From: a virus
DNA length: 53,537 bases
IMG/VR virus record: IMGVR_UViG_3300025304_000001
Span: 1-53,537 of that record
Strand: one strand, 5' to 3'
Positions 1 through 7,307 of the stretch are shown piece after piece; the first letter of the stretch is position 1, and the number at the start of each line of letters is the position of its first letter. A program made the translations under genes and the position numbers. The notes under the pieces are model-generated. The model searched no databases. It was given only the letters and a program-made list of their open reading frames with translations, and was not told the DNA's origin.

Positions 1-127
1 CAGCGCATGCTTGAAAAAGACATAGCCTCCACCCCAGCTCCCGAAACGAACGGGACTGGCTCCGCATGCCCAGATCGGCTAATGTTGGTGGATGACAGTT
101 CGCGCACCGATCCGGAAAAAGATGCAA
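1..127. repeat. Terminal direct repeat, copy 1. It is identical to 53411-53537.
   Basis: I compared the first 127 nt with the last 127 nt base by base and they match exactly (cagcgcatgcttgaaaaagac...aaaaagatgcaa). Confidence 0.95.
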
Positions 128-624
128 CAGATGCGGATGCGCCACGCTGCGATCCTCAAGGCGCGGAAACCCAAAAAGTTGGATCTTCGGATCGGTCACC
201 ACAAGCGTGCCCTCATTTTGGATCGGTAACCCCCGAGACTAACGCGGACTGGCCGGCGATCGCCGAACACTACCGGTTCGCAATGCTGGACGTTGAGCGC
301 CGGATCAGCGCGCAGCCGGTTAGAGAAATGCTTCCCGGTCAATCGATCAACGAAACCGCGAAGTTCATCAGCGACCTTTCCCAAGTTCTTTGGGAGGCGC
401 GCCAGAAGGTGATTTTCGGGGAACCGTTGGCCGCGCCAGCGCCCGAGATCAATGTGGTGGGGATGGATGACGAGGACCGGACTCCGGTTCCTGAAGGCTT
501 CGACGCTGCAAAGTGGCAAAAGGCTGATGAAGTCTTCCATGCTACGGCATTGGTTGCCGACGACTCGGAATGCGTCAAGATCATCTACGCTGCCCTCGAA
601 GCGGAGGGTCGGACAGATGGGTGA
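1..624 (+). CDS. C-terminal part of MazG-like protein paralog B. The ORF starts at 53135 and continues across the window junction.
   Basis: Position 1 is in frame with the open ORF at 53135-53537 (..RRWQRMLEKD..). The ATG at 7 is internal. The stop is at 622-624 and overlaps the next start (ATGGGTGA). Confidence 0.6.
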   Translation, partial: QRMLEKDIASTPAPETNGTGSACPDRLMLVDDSSRTDPEKDATDADAPRCDPQGAETQKVGSSDRSPQACPHFGSVTPETNADWPAIAEHYRFAMLDVERRISAQPVREMLPGQSINETAKFISDLSQVLWEARQKVIFGEPLAAPAPEINVVGMDDEDRTPVPEGFDAAKWQKADEVFHATALVADDSECVKIIYAALEAEGRTDG

Positions 625-1123
625 GCACGGCAACATCACCGACCGAAGCGAAGACTGGTATACTCCGCTCTACGTGTTCGACGCCCTAGGCTGCAGCTTC
701 GATCTTGACGTATCGGCACCCGTGGAAGGTCCGCGCTATGTCCCAGCCTCGCGCTGGTTCTGGGAGCGAGGCCTTGAGCAGGAATGGTCCGGATTTGTCT
801 GGATGAACCCCCCATTCGGGCATCAAAGCACCAAACGAGCATGGCTGGCGAAGTTCATCGCGCATGGCCATGGAGTGGCGCTGCTGCCGGATCGCACAAG
901 CGCGCCGTGGTGGCAGTGGGCGGCACCTCAGATGGACTGCCTGTTGTTCGTATCCCCTAAGATCAAGTTCGAACGCCCGGACGGCAGCATTGGCGAACAG
1001 CCTGGCAGCGGGACGGTCCTAATGGCTCGCGGTGCTGACGCAGTGCAAGCACTCAAGCGCGCCGCGATTGCCGGTCTAGGCATCATTACCCAGCCGATCC
1101 GGAAGATTGGAGAAGCAGCATGA
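617..1123 (+). CDS. Phage-type DNA N6-adenine methyltransferase (Dam, PF05869-like)
   Basis: Motifs seen: DWYTPLYVFDALGCSFDLDVSA and the catalytic WMNPPFG (NPPF/Y). The start overlaps the upstream stop. Confidence 0.75.
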   Translation: MGEHGNITDRSEDWYTPLYVFDALGCSFDLDVSAPVEGPRYVPASRWFWERGLEQEWSGFVWMNPPFGHQSTKRAWLAKFIAHGHGVALLPDRTSAPWWQWAAPQMDCLLFVSPKIKFERPDGSIGEQPGSGTVLMARGADAVQALKRAAIAGLGIITQPIRKIGEAA

Positions 1124-1677
1124 CCGACATCAAAAACCCACCGCCCCAGCCGAAAATGACGGCCAAGTTTTCAGATTGCAAAACCTACCGGTATCTGTTC
1201 GGCCGCGTCTGGGACGAAAGCCGCAGGATCCTGCCCGTGGTGATGCTGAACCCGTCGCGCGCCGACGCCGACCGCAACGACCCGACCGTGACGACACTCA
1301 TCCATTTCGCGGGGCTCTGGGGTTACGGCGGGCTGGCCGGCGCCAACCTTGCCGCCCTCGTCACCTCGAAGCCGGCGGTGATGATGGCGCATCCGGACCC
1401 GATCGGACCGGAGAATGACCAGCACATCGCGCAGCTCTTCAATCTTGCTCGCCATACCGGCACACCGGTGCTGGCTGCCTGGGGTAATGGCGGCAGGTTT
1501 CGCGGCCGTGATGAATGGTGCACCTCGCGCGCTCGCGCCGCCTTCGTCGATCTCGTCTGCCTCGGCATCACCAAAGACGGCTTTCCCAAACATCCGGCCG
1601 CCCGAGGCACGCATCGCATCCCGCGCGATCAGCAGCCGATTGTTTGGAAATCATGGCGGGAAACGGGAGAACAATGA
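1120..1677 (+). CDS. DUF1643-family protein
   Basis: The N-terminal signature C-x-TYRYLFGRVW...PVVMLNPSRADADRNDPT is typical of DUF1643. The start forms an ATGA overlap with the upstream gene. Confidence 0.6.
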   Translation: MTDIKNPPPQPKMTAKFSDCKTYRYLFGRVWDESRRILPVVMLNPSRADADRNDPTVTTLIHFAGLWGYGGLAGANLAALVTSKPAVMMAHPDPIGPENDQHIAQLFNLARHTGTPVLAAWGNGGRFRGRDEWCTSRARAAFVDLVCLGITKDGFPKHPAARGTHRIPRDQQPIVWKSWRETGEQ

Positions 1678-1783
1678 GCCTGTTGCATGCCCGCCTCCCC
1701 TGTCCGTCAAACGGTCATTTTCCGGTTCAAATGAATAGCGTCCGGCAAGATTGCGAATCGACGGGAAATCGGAAACATTCCAA

Positions 1784-1799
1784 CGTTATCGAAATAACG
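1784..1799. promoter_or_regulatory. 16-bp palindrome CGTTAT-CGAA-ATAACG, 16 nt upstream of the resolvase start. Candidate res or autoregulatory site.
   Basis: Perfect 6-4-6 inverted repeat read directly from the sequence. A looser CCGT-CAA-ACGG dyad lies about 80 bp further upstream. Confidence 0.3.
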
Positions 1800-1814
1800 G
1801 ATGATTCGTACGCC

Positions 1815-2435
1815 ATGGCTTTGATCGGATATGTCAGGGTCTCGACTGAGGACCAGGACACTACCTTACAACGGGACGCGCTCACCCGCGCGGGCTGCGA
1901 CAGGATTTTCTCGGATGTCGCTTCGGGCGCCAAGTCCGATCGCCCCGGCTTGACCGAGGCGATGAACTACCTGCGCGCCGGCGACACCTTCGTGGTCTGG
2001 AAATTCGACCGCGCCGGACGATCGCTGAAGCACCTGGTTGAGATGGTCGCCGAGCTGGAGGCGAAGAAGGTCGGTTTCAAATCGCTGACCGAGGAGATTG
2101 ACACCACGACTTCCAACGGCCGGCTCTTCTTTCATCTCTTCGGCGCCTTTGCCCAGTTCGAGCGGGACCTGATCAGCGAGCGCACGCGCGCCGGTTTGAT
2201 CGCGGCAAGCGAACAGGGCCGCAAGGGCGGCCGCAAGCCGGTCGTGGACGCGGATAAGCTGAAGCGGGCGAAACAGTTGATAACGAGCGGACTGAACGTG
2301 AAGGAAGCCGCCGGCCGTATCAAGGTCGGCAAGTCCGCTCTTTATGAAGCACTCAAGGCCGAGCGTGGCGGTGCGCCGCTTCTCCCGGCTGTTTTGGGAA
2401 ACACGAGGACCACAAGTGAAACAATAGGGGCATAA
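1815..2435 (+). CDS. Small serine recombinase (resolvase/invertase family)
   Basis: The N-terminus MALIGYVRVSTEDQ carries the catalytic Ser. The resolvase core (FVVWKFDRAGRS, FAQFERDLISERT) and a C-terminal HTH are present. The long N-terminal extension in the ORF track is not needed. Confidence 0.9.
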   Translation: MALIGYVRVSTEDQDTTLQRDALTRAGCDRIFSDVASGAKSDRPGLTEAMNYLRAGDTFVVWKFDRAGRSLKHLVEMVAELEAKKVGFKSLTEEIDTTTSNGRLFFHLFGAFAQFERDLISERTRAGLIAASEQGRKGGRKPVVDADKLKRAKQLITSGLNVKEAAGRIKVGKSALYEALKAERGGAPLLPAVLGNTRTTSETIGA

Positions 2436-2441
2436 AGTAAA

Positions 2442-2471
2442 AGCCCTGCCTTTGGCGAGGCAGGGCTTTTT
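2442..2471 (+). terminator. Rho-independent terminator ending the rightward early operon
   Basis: A 9-bp stem (AGCCCTGCC / GGCAGGGCT) with an 8-nt loop, followed by TTTTT. Confidence 0.8.
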
Positions 2472-2484
2472 GGCAGACAGGCAA

Positions 2485-2523
2485 ACTATGTTGGCACCGT
2501 CCTAAGAACACACCCAACATAGT
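2485..2523. repeat. 10-bp perfect inverted repeat (ACTATGTTGG / CCAACATAGT) with a 19-bp spacer, upstream of the rep-like gene
   Basis: Read directly from the sequence. It is followed at 2540-2563 by a hairpin containing GAGTC and GACTC (GANTC sites). Confidence 0.5.
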
Positions 2524-2618
2524 CCACAGATTTTAAACCCGCAAGAGTCACGACTCGCGGGAATGCAGATTCTTTGCCTGGAGTCCATGCCCTTCCGACC
2601 AGGAAGGAAATAGGAACC

Positions 2619-3347
2619 ATGTTCAAGCAGCTTGGTACCGCGTTGGCGTACGCGCCGACGAGGTCGAGGCGTACCCATGCGCCAGTGCATCGCAACTCTC
2701 GCCTTGCCGGCCAGTGCGAGGGAGCTTTCTGGCGCCGCACGACGCGCAAGGATAGCCGGCGGATCCTACTCGCCGCCCGGCGGTATGAGATCGCCAACAA
2801 GGCAGCCGGTTCGCGTAATGGCCCGCTTGGGGCTATCGGCATCGAGGTGCTGGAGCTGCTAGTAAACCTGGTCGACTACAGGACCGGCCGGCTAGAGCCG
2901 TCGATCGATACGATGATGACCAAGCTCCGCCGCTCCCGTGATGCGATCGTCCGGGGCCTCAAAGCGCTGCGGCAGCATGGCTTTGTTGATTGGTTGCGCC
3001 GATATGTCCCGACTGAGACCGAGGGCGACAAGGGTCCGCAGGTGAAGCAGACGAGCAATGCCTATCGTCTCGCACTCCCCGGCAAGGCTGAAGCATGCCT
3101 CGGGCGATACGGTGAAACCCCTCCCCGGCCGGAGGATTGCGATCAGGCGTTGGAGGAACGTCAGGCAATGGTCGACGCCTTTGCCAAGGCTGATATCGTC
3201 CGCGTCGATCAGCTCGCGCTTGCGTTCGAACACGAGAATCCAGTGGTGCGGAAGCTCGCGGAAATGAGAAGGAAAATGTTTAAGCAACGTGAGTCCGCCG
3301 GACGGACTGAATCCCCGCTAGATAATTTATATAAGAGAGAAGAATGA
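2619..3347 (+). CDS. Putative plasmid-type replication initiator (winged-helix protein)
   Basis: AGGAA sits before the ATG. The central segment GPLGAIGIEVLELLVNLVDYRTGRLEPSIDTMMTKLRRSRDAIVRGLKALRQHGFVDW looks like a wHTH initiator. The gene lies next to the resolvase and par genes. No search was done. Confidence 0.45.
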   Translation: MFKQLGTALAYAPTRSRRTHAPVHRNSRLAGQCEGAFWRRTTRKDSRRILLAARRYEIANKAAGSRNGPLGAIGIEVLELLVNLVDYRTGRLEPSIDTMMTKLRRSRDAIVRGLKALRQHGFVDWLRRYVPTETEGDKGPQVKQTSNAYRLALPGKAEACLGRYGETPPRPEDCDQALEERQAMVDAFAKADIVRVDQLALAFEHENPVVRKLAEMRRKMFKQRESAGRTESPLDNLYKREE

Positions 3348-3413
3348 GCGGACGCCGCTTACAGCGGTCGCTTTCGCTCCCGCGCGGCGGGCCTTCCGGG
3401 CGAGCGGCGTCAA

Positions 3414-3438
3414 AAAAGGTCCAAAGTTGAGACCTTTT
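3414..3438. terminator. Hairpin terminator after the rep-like gene
   Basis: Stem AAAAGGTC / GACCTTTT with a 9-nt loop, followed by T-rich sequence. Confidence 0.5.
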
Positions 3439-3528
3439 GTTGGCCTCGCATGGGCTCTTGAGAGGGAGCCTGGGGCAAAGGGAGCGGAAACTATTCCTAC
3501 GAAGGCGAAATGGCGAAGGCCATGGCCC

Positions 3529-3571
3529 TTGACATATACAGCGTATACTCCAATATCGTATACAGCGTATA
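3529..3571 (+). promoter_or_regulatory. Sigma70-like promoter with two copies of a 13-bp palindromic operator (TATACAGCGTATA) upstream of the PadR gene
   Basis: TTGACA lies at 3529-3534. The operator copies are at 3535-3547 and 3559-3571 (TATAC-N3-GTATA), spaced 24 bp apart. One sits in the promoter spacer and one near +1. Confidence 0.6.
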
Positions 3572-3586
3572 TGTGAGGATCGTACC

Positions 3587-3895
3587 GTGATAGGCAAATT
3601 TGAGGAAATCGCCCTCGGCGCCCTGATCAAGGCCGGACCGGATGCGAACGCGTCCAGAGTGTTCGAGGTGCTGGAAATGACGCTGGAAAAGCCGCCGCTT
3701 TTCGCGGCGCTTTATACGACGCTCGATCGGATGGTCACAAAAAAATTGGTTTCCGAGAGGCCTGAAGAGACGCCGGGCAAGCGCACGAAGCGGTTGTTCA
3801 CGATCACGGGTGAAGGACGCCGCGCCTATGCAGAAGCTGTGAACGCGACGAACGCGATTGCCGCTTTCAATCCGGGAGGTGCGATCCATGCCTGA
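3587..3895 (+). CDS. PadR-family transcriptional regulator
   Basis: GTG start. About 100 aa of winged helix with YTTLDRMVTKKLV...RLFTITGEGRRAY, which is typical of PadR. Confidence 0.75.
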   Translation: MIGKFEEIALGALIKAGPDANASRVFEVLEMTLEKPPLFAALYTTLDRMVTKKLVSERPEETPGKRTKRLFTITGEGRRAYAEAVNATNAIAAFNPGGAIHA

Positions 3896-4409
3896 TAAAG
3901 AAACGGACTACGAAGCTTTTGTCAGGGTTCTGAAAGCATCTCGCAATTCGGATTGTGGAGCTGACGTTGTCATCAAAAACAAGTCTGGCGAATACGTCTA
4001 TCAGGTGAAGTATTCCGCCAAAAACGGCAAGTCGCGTCCGTTGATCCTTACTCGCAAGCAGTGGGATAATTCGTTTTCCGGCCGTGAAATCATTGATGCA
4101 ATGAAACGTGCCGAAGCGGTTGATGACATCGATGGAGATACTTCGCACGGAGACAGCTTGGTTGTGCCGGTCGCTTTTGAGGTAAGCCCACCGGCGGCGC
4201 CTTCTGGGTTCATAGTATCGCTCCTGACTGACCCGGACAAAGCCGAGGACTTCCTTGCGAATTTGGAGGAGTTTCATTTCCCCCGCTGGGTCAAGAGGCA
4301 CGGTGAACTCGGCGCCAGGGCGATATGGCATGCTCAGTGCGTCATTCGTGTGTGGGATCACTGGGTGACAAAGGCAGCGAAACTCCTCCCCTGGGCAAAA
4401 CTGCTCTGA
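3888..4409 (+). CDS. Hypothetical protein with a possible PD-(D/E)xK (Mrr-like) N-terminal domain and a PadR-partner-type C-terminal helix
   Basis: GGGAGG lies before the ATG, and the start overlaps the PadR stop. Segments seen: YEAFVRVL...GADVVIKNKSGEYVYQVKY (E..D..QxK pattern) and the C-terminal FLANLEEFHFPRWVKRHGELGARAIWHAQCV. GC content is visibly lower than in the flanking DNA. Confidence 0.55.
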   Translation: MPDKETDYEAFVRVLKASRNSDCGADVVIKNKSGEYVYQVKYSAKNGKSRPLILTRKQWDNSFSGREIIDAMKRAEAVDDIDGDTSHGDSLVVPVAFEVSPPAAPSGFIVSLLTDPDKAEDFLANLEEFHFPRWVKRHGELGARAIWHAQCVIRVWDHWVTKAAKLLPWAKLL

Positions 4410-4433
4410 GGAGCGCAGCTTCGACGCGCTTTG

Positions 4434-4680
4434 ATGCGTCAAGATTGACGCGCGTTGACGATAAAGCCCGCGTCCGGATGCCACCGCGTGAGCATCATCG
4501 GAACACGGCGACGGGAGAGGAGTTCCGTCGCAGCCCCCTGCCCTTTCGTCAGTAGGACCGGCAGGGATGTTCGCCAAGAAAGCGGCTGGCGAGGTATGCC
4601 AAATTACCTCATCCCAGAAGACACAATGACACAACCTCTTGCGCCGCGCGTGCACATGCGTCAAGATTGACGCGCGTCAA
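4434..4680. repeat. Centromere-like (parS) array. It has two 22-bp direct repeats plus many TTGACGC/GCGTCAA heptads upstream of parA.
   Basis: ATGCGTCAAGATTGACGCGCGT occurs at 4434-4455 and at 4656-4677. A perfect 14-bp palindrome, TTGACGCGCGTCAA, lies at 4667-4680. Degenerate heptads extend from about 4415 to 4780. Confidence 0.6.
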
Positions 4681-4792
4681 CGAGGACGCACGCGCGTCCT
4701 TTTTGATGCAACTGCGGCCACGCATCTTAACGCAACGGCAAGCATTATCGTTGATCATGACGCTTTAACGTGCAGCAACAAGGAAGCCGCCG

Positions 4793-5467
4793 ATGCCAGT
4801 AATAGCCGTTGCCAATCCCAAGGGCGGCGCGGGCAAGTCCACGACGACGCTTGTCCTAGCCACCACGCTCGCCCGGCAGGGCGCCAGCGTCACAATACTC
4901 GACTGCGATCGCAACCAGCCAATCGCGGGATGGAGGGCAGGGGGGTCGCAAAATCCTGTCGTCGTCGACAGCGCCACGGATGAGGAGACATTCAAGGAAA
5001 AGCTCGACGCCCATCGCCGCGAGCGGCAATTCGTCTTCGTCGACCTTGAAGGCACCGCAAGCCGGCTGATGTCGCGCGCTCTGTTTCGCGCTCACCTGGT
5101 GATCATTCCGATCCAGGCGAGCCCTACGGATGCTGAACTTGCGGCACGGGCGATCCACCTGATCAAGGACGAGGGCGACGCGTTTGACAAGCTCATTCCC
5201 TACCGTGTGCTTTTCACCCGCACCTCGCCGCAGATCACCACCAAGCTGGAACGGGCTATTCTGGCGCAGCTTCAGGCGGGGGACATACCGCAGTTCTCGG
5301 CGCATCTGAATGAGCGCTCGGCCTTCAAAAGCATGTTCTATCATCAACTCGATCTAGATGAACTTGATCCGGCCGACGTCAACGGACTACCGCAAGCGCG
5401 CGAAAACGCGCTGCGCCTCACGGGTGAACTCGTCAATATCGTCGTGGAAAAGGGAGTGGCCGCATGA
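4793..5467 (+). CDS. parA: ParA-family partition ATPase (small, type Ib-like)
   Basis: Deviant Walker A motif ([11 protein letters not shown]). The protein is 224 aa with no N-terminal HTH. Confidence 0.9.
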   Translation: MPVIAVANPKGGAGKSTTTLVLATTLARQGASVTILDCDRNQPIAGWRAGGSQNPVVVDSATDEETFKEKLDAHRRERQFVFVDLEGTASRLMSRALFRAHLVIIPIQASPTDAELAARAIHLIKDEGDAFDKLIPYRVLFTRTSPQITTKLERAILAQLQAGDIPQFSAHLNERSAFKSMFYHQLDLDELDPADVNGLPQARENALRLTGELVNIVVEKGVAA

Positions 5468-5757
5468 CCGGAAAAAATCTAGGCTTTGCCGACAAACTTG
5501 CAGCGATCAAGCCGGACACGGAACAGGAACGCGTCGTTCCCGATCACAAAATCGACGAGGTCGCGGAAAAGCACGGCTTCGTCGCCCGAGATCCGGTTCA
5601 GAAGATAGTGCGCCGGAAAGAGGCGGAACCGTCCGCGAACCTGAACATCCGCCCGCCGGTCTCGACCTATAATCGTTTCGTCAGTTGGGCGATGGAAGAG
5701 CGGTTGAGCTATCCGGAAGCCCTGAAGGAGCTGATGGACAGGGCGGGGGTGCGTTGA
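5464..5757 (+). CDS. ParG/ribbon-helix-helix-type centromere-binding protein (ParB functional analog)
   Basis: ATGA overlap with parA. The protein is 97 aa, and the C-terminal [32 protein letters not shown] looks like an RHH fold. Confidence 0.6.
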   Translation: MTGKNLGFADKLAAIKPDTEQERVVPDHKIDEVAEKHGFVARDPVQKIVRRKEAEPSANLNIRPPVSTYNRFVSWAMEERLSYPEALKELMDRAGVR

Positions 5758-5790
5758 CGCAGATGCGTTAACGCAAATGAACGCAAGCGC
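5751..5790. repeat. Second cluster of TTGACGC-type heptads at the 3' end of the par operon
   Basis: The sequence GCGTTGACGCAGATGCGTTAACGCAAATGAACGC contains the heptads TTGACGC, TTAACGC and TGAACGC. Confidence 0.45.
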
Positions 5791-5813
5791 CTCTCAGGCA
5801 CCGGCTCAACCGT

Positions 5814-5825
5814 ATATTGCAATAT
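5814..5825. promoter_or_regulatory. Perfect 12-bp palindrome ATATTGCAATAT upstream of a low-GC two-gene cassette
   Basis: Read directly from the sequence. It lies about 75 nt upstream of the ATG at 5901. Confidence 0.35.
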
Positions 5826-5900
5826 GTCTCGACGCCAGAACCCATCTCAGGATAGATATGACCATGATGGGAAAGGTTGAGCAGGCTGAGGGCAGGGGAA

Positions 5901-6137
5901 ATGGCCAAAAAATCTATGTCGGAGATAGCAGCTGAACTTGAGCGCGAGCGGATAAAAGAAGGCGGCGCCATAGATTACGATGATTTGCGTAAGCATCTGA
6001 CCGACAATGCTTACCTCTATTACATTCATCACCGCGTCGGCTGGTCGAACAACTACCTTAAAGAGATCCGAAACACAGGCTATGTATTGGTCGTGCTGGT
6101 GACGGGGATCGCGGCGAAGCTCTACGGCATCCTGTGA
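5901..6137 (+). CDS. Hypothetical small protein with a C-terminal transmembrane anchor
   Basis: A G-rich RBS precedes the ATG. The C-terminus is hydrophobic (GYVLVVLVTGIAAKLYGIL). GC content is low compared with the rest of the window. Confidence 0.45.
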   Translation: MAKKSMSEIAAELERERIKEGGAIDYDDLRKHLTDNAYLYYIHHRVGWSNNYLKEIRNTGYVLVVLVTGIAAKLYGIL

Positions 6138-6138
6138 C

Positions 6139-6432
6139 ATGGTTGCACTGTACGAGCCACGTTACCAATGGAAACGGACGCAGATCGACGACAATGATCC
6201 GCCGACTGATCTGGACTGGATAGGCCTCGACAGCACGGATTATATCGGCCGGATCAGGAAAGAAACCAACGGTCCGACAAAGGGTAAATGGCAATGGGCA
6301 GGGTCATATCCACGGACTCACAAAGGTAGCCCGCCGATCCCCAATACAGGGTGGGTTGATACCGCTCGCATCGCAACGCAGAAGGTTGAGGAATACTGGG
6401 ATCGCGCCAAGCAGGTGATGACGCCAAGATGA
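6139..6432 (+). CDS. Hypothetical protein
   Basis: It starts 1 nt after the upstream stop (TGACATG). Amino-acid composition is protein-like (KGKWQWAGSYP...). A bidirectional terminator follows. Confidence 0.5.
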   Translation: MVALYEPRYQWKRTQIDDNDPPTDLDWIGLDSTDYIGRIRKETNGPTKGKWQWAGSYPRTHKGSPPIPNTGWVDTARIATQKVEEYWDRAKQVMTPR

Positions 6433-6450
6433 TCCTTGGCAAAACGCAAA

Positions 6451-6476
6451 AAGCCGCCCCGTCTCCGGAGCGGCTT
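6451..6476. terminator. Bidirectional rho-independent terminator
   Basis: Stem AAGCCGC...GCGGCTT. A T-run follows on the plus strand. On the minus strand, TTTTTGCGTTTT follows, downstream of the lysis operon. Confidence 0.75.
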
Positions 6477-6495
6477 TCTTGTTATCAAACGAGGA

Positions 6496-6849
6496 TCATC
6501 CGCGCTTGCTGCGAATGATCTCTTCCTTCAGCGAAGAGAGCCCGTGAGTGACTTCCTTCAACGCGTCAGTCAGATCTTCAACCGCGCGCTCCATCGATTT
6601 CCGATAGTTCAGATTTTCGGCCGCACCATCGTCGATCGACGCGCAGAGTGCTTTTACCGAGCCCTCCAGTGCCTTAACAGCCGCGCTATCTACGAGCGCC
6701 CCGGCCACCTCGATGGAGCCAGCCATACTATTCGCTGCCCCACGCCGCCCATCCCGGCCTGCCTTGAACCCGAGCCCTGCGGCAAGGCCTACAACAAGAA
6801 TAACGATGGCATTGGCGATCTTTTCATAATCCAGCGCCGCCCAGTCCAT
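6496..6849 (-). CDS. Membrane-anchored coiled-coil protein, the last gene of the lysis cluster
   Basis: N-terminal TM segment (IANAIVILVVGLAAGLGF). The start overlaps the upstream stop (TAATG). Confidence 0.55.
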   Translation of the reverse strand: MDWAALDYEKIANAIVILVVGLAAGLGFKAGRDGRRGAANSMAGSIEVAGALVDSAAVKALEGSVKALCASIDDGAAENLNYRKSMERAVEDLTDALKEVTHGLSSLKEEIIRSKRG

Positions 6850-7307
6850 TAGCCGAATTCCATTCCCTGCTTGCCGACATCAGACCAGGACCGATGCGTG
6901 TTGATGATTTCGAGCAAGACCATCGTCGACCAGGCGATGACCTCTGATGGTGGGCCGCCGGCCGTCAACCAGGCTATGAGAAAACCGAGGCTGACTTGGG
7001 ACCACACGCCGGCCCCGATCAGCGAGGCGCCAGCACGGATATGCGGCGAGAAGATGAACCCGCGAAAGGTGCCGTTGATCGTCAGAGCGACGAGGCGCGC
7101 CACTCCACTGGCAGCAAGGAACCATGCCCACGTCGTTTCCTCGCCCCAGCTTGCTATCACTGTGAAGGAGGGAGAGGTATCGAACATGTCGGGATTGAGC
7201 TGAAGGACAGCCCACAAGCCAAAGGCCGGCCATAGCATGATCCATTCAGAGGCCCGCACCACGAAATGGCCAGCAACACCATCATAGACGCGTCGAAGGA
7301 CGATCAT
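6849..7307 (-). CDS. Polytopic membrane protein (about 4 TM segments)
   Basis: The internal start MIVLRR at 7307 forms an ATGA overlap with the o-spanin stop. Several hydrophobic segments are present. Confidence 0.55.
   Translation of the reverse strand: MIVLRRVYDGVAGHFVVRASEWIMLWPAFGLWAVLQLNPDMFDTSPSFTVIASWGEETTWAWFLAASGVARLVALTINGTFRGFIFSPHIRAGASLIGAGVWSQVSLGFLIAWLTAGGPPSEVIAWSTMVLLEIINTHRSWSDVGKQGMEFG

Noticed and set aside
7-624. The ATG at 7 as the start of an independent 205-aa gene
   Set aside because: The frame is continuous with the open ORF at the other end of the window through the 127-bp repeat. The Met at 7 is internal to the MazG-like paralog B.
1515-1814. A 100-codon N-terminal extension of the resolvase ORF
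   Set aside because: The canonical resolvase N-terminus (MALIGYVRVSTEDQ) starts at 1815. The extension overlaps the DUF1643 gene and is Arg/Ser/Pro-rich.
1815-2435. The serine recombinase as a Gin/Cin-type invertase switching tail-fibre genes
   Set aside because: It lies about 15 kb from the fibre genes, next to the rep and par functions. I saw no inverted crossover sites flanking 16.7-18.5 kb and no alternative fibre C-termini.
3867-4664. A 265-aa minus-strand ORF covering the PadR-partner gene and the parS region
   Set aside because: It runs through the centromere-like repeats and opposes a plus-strand gene that has a good RBS and stop-start coupling to PadR. It has no motifs.
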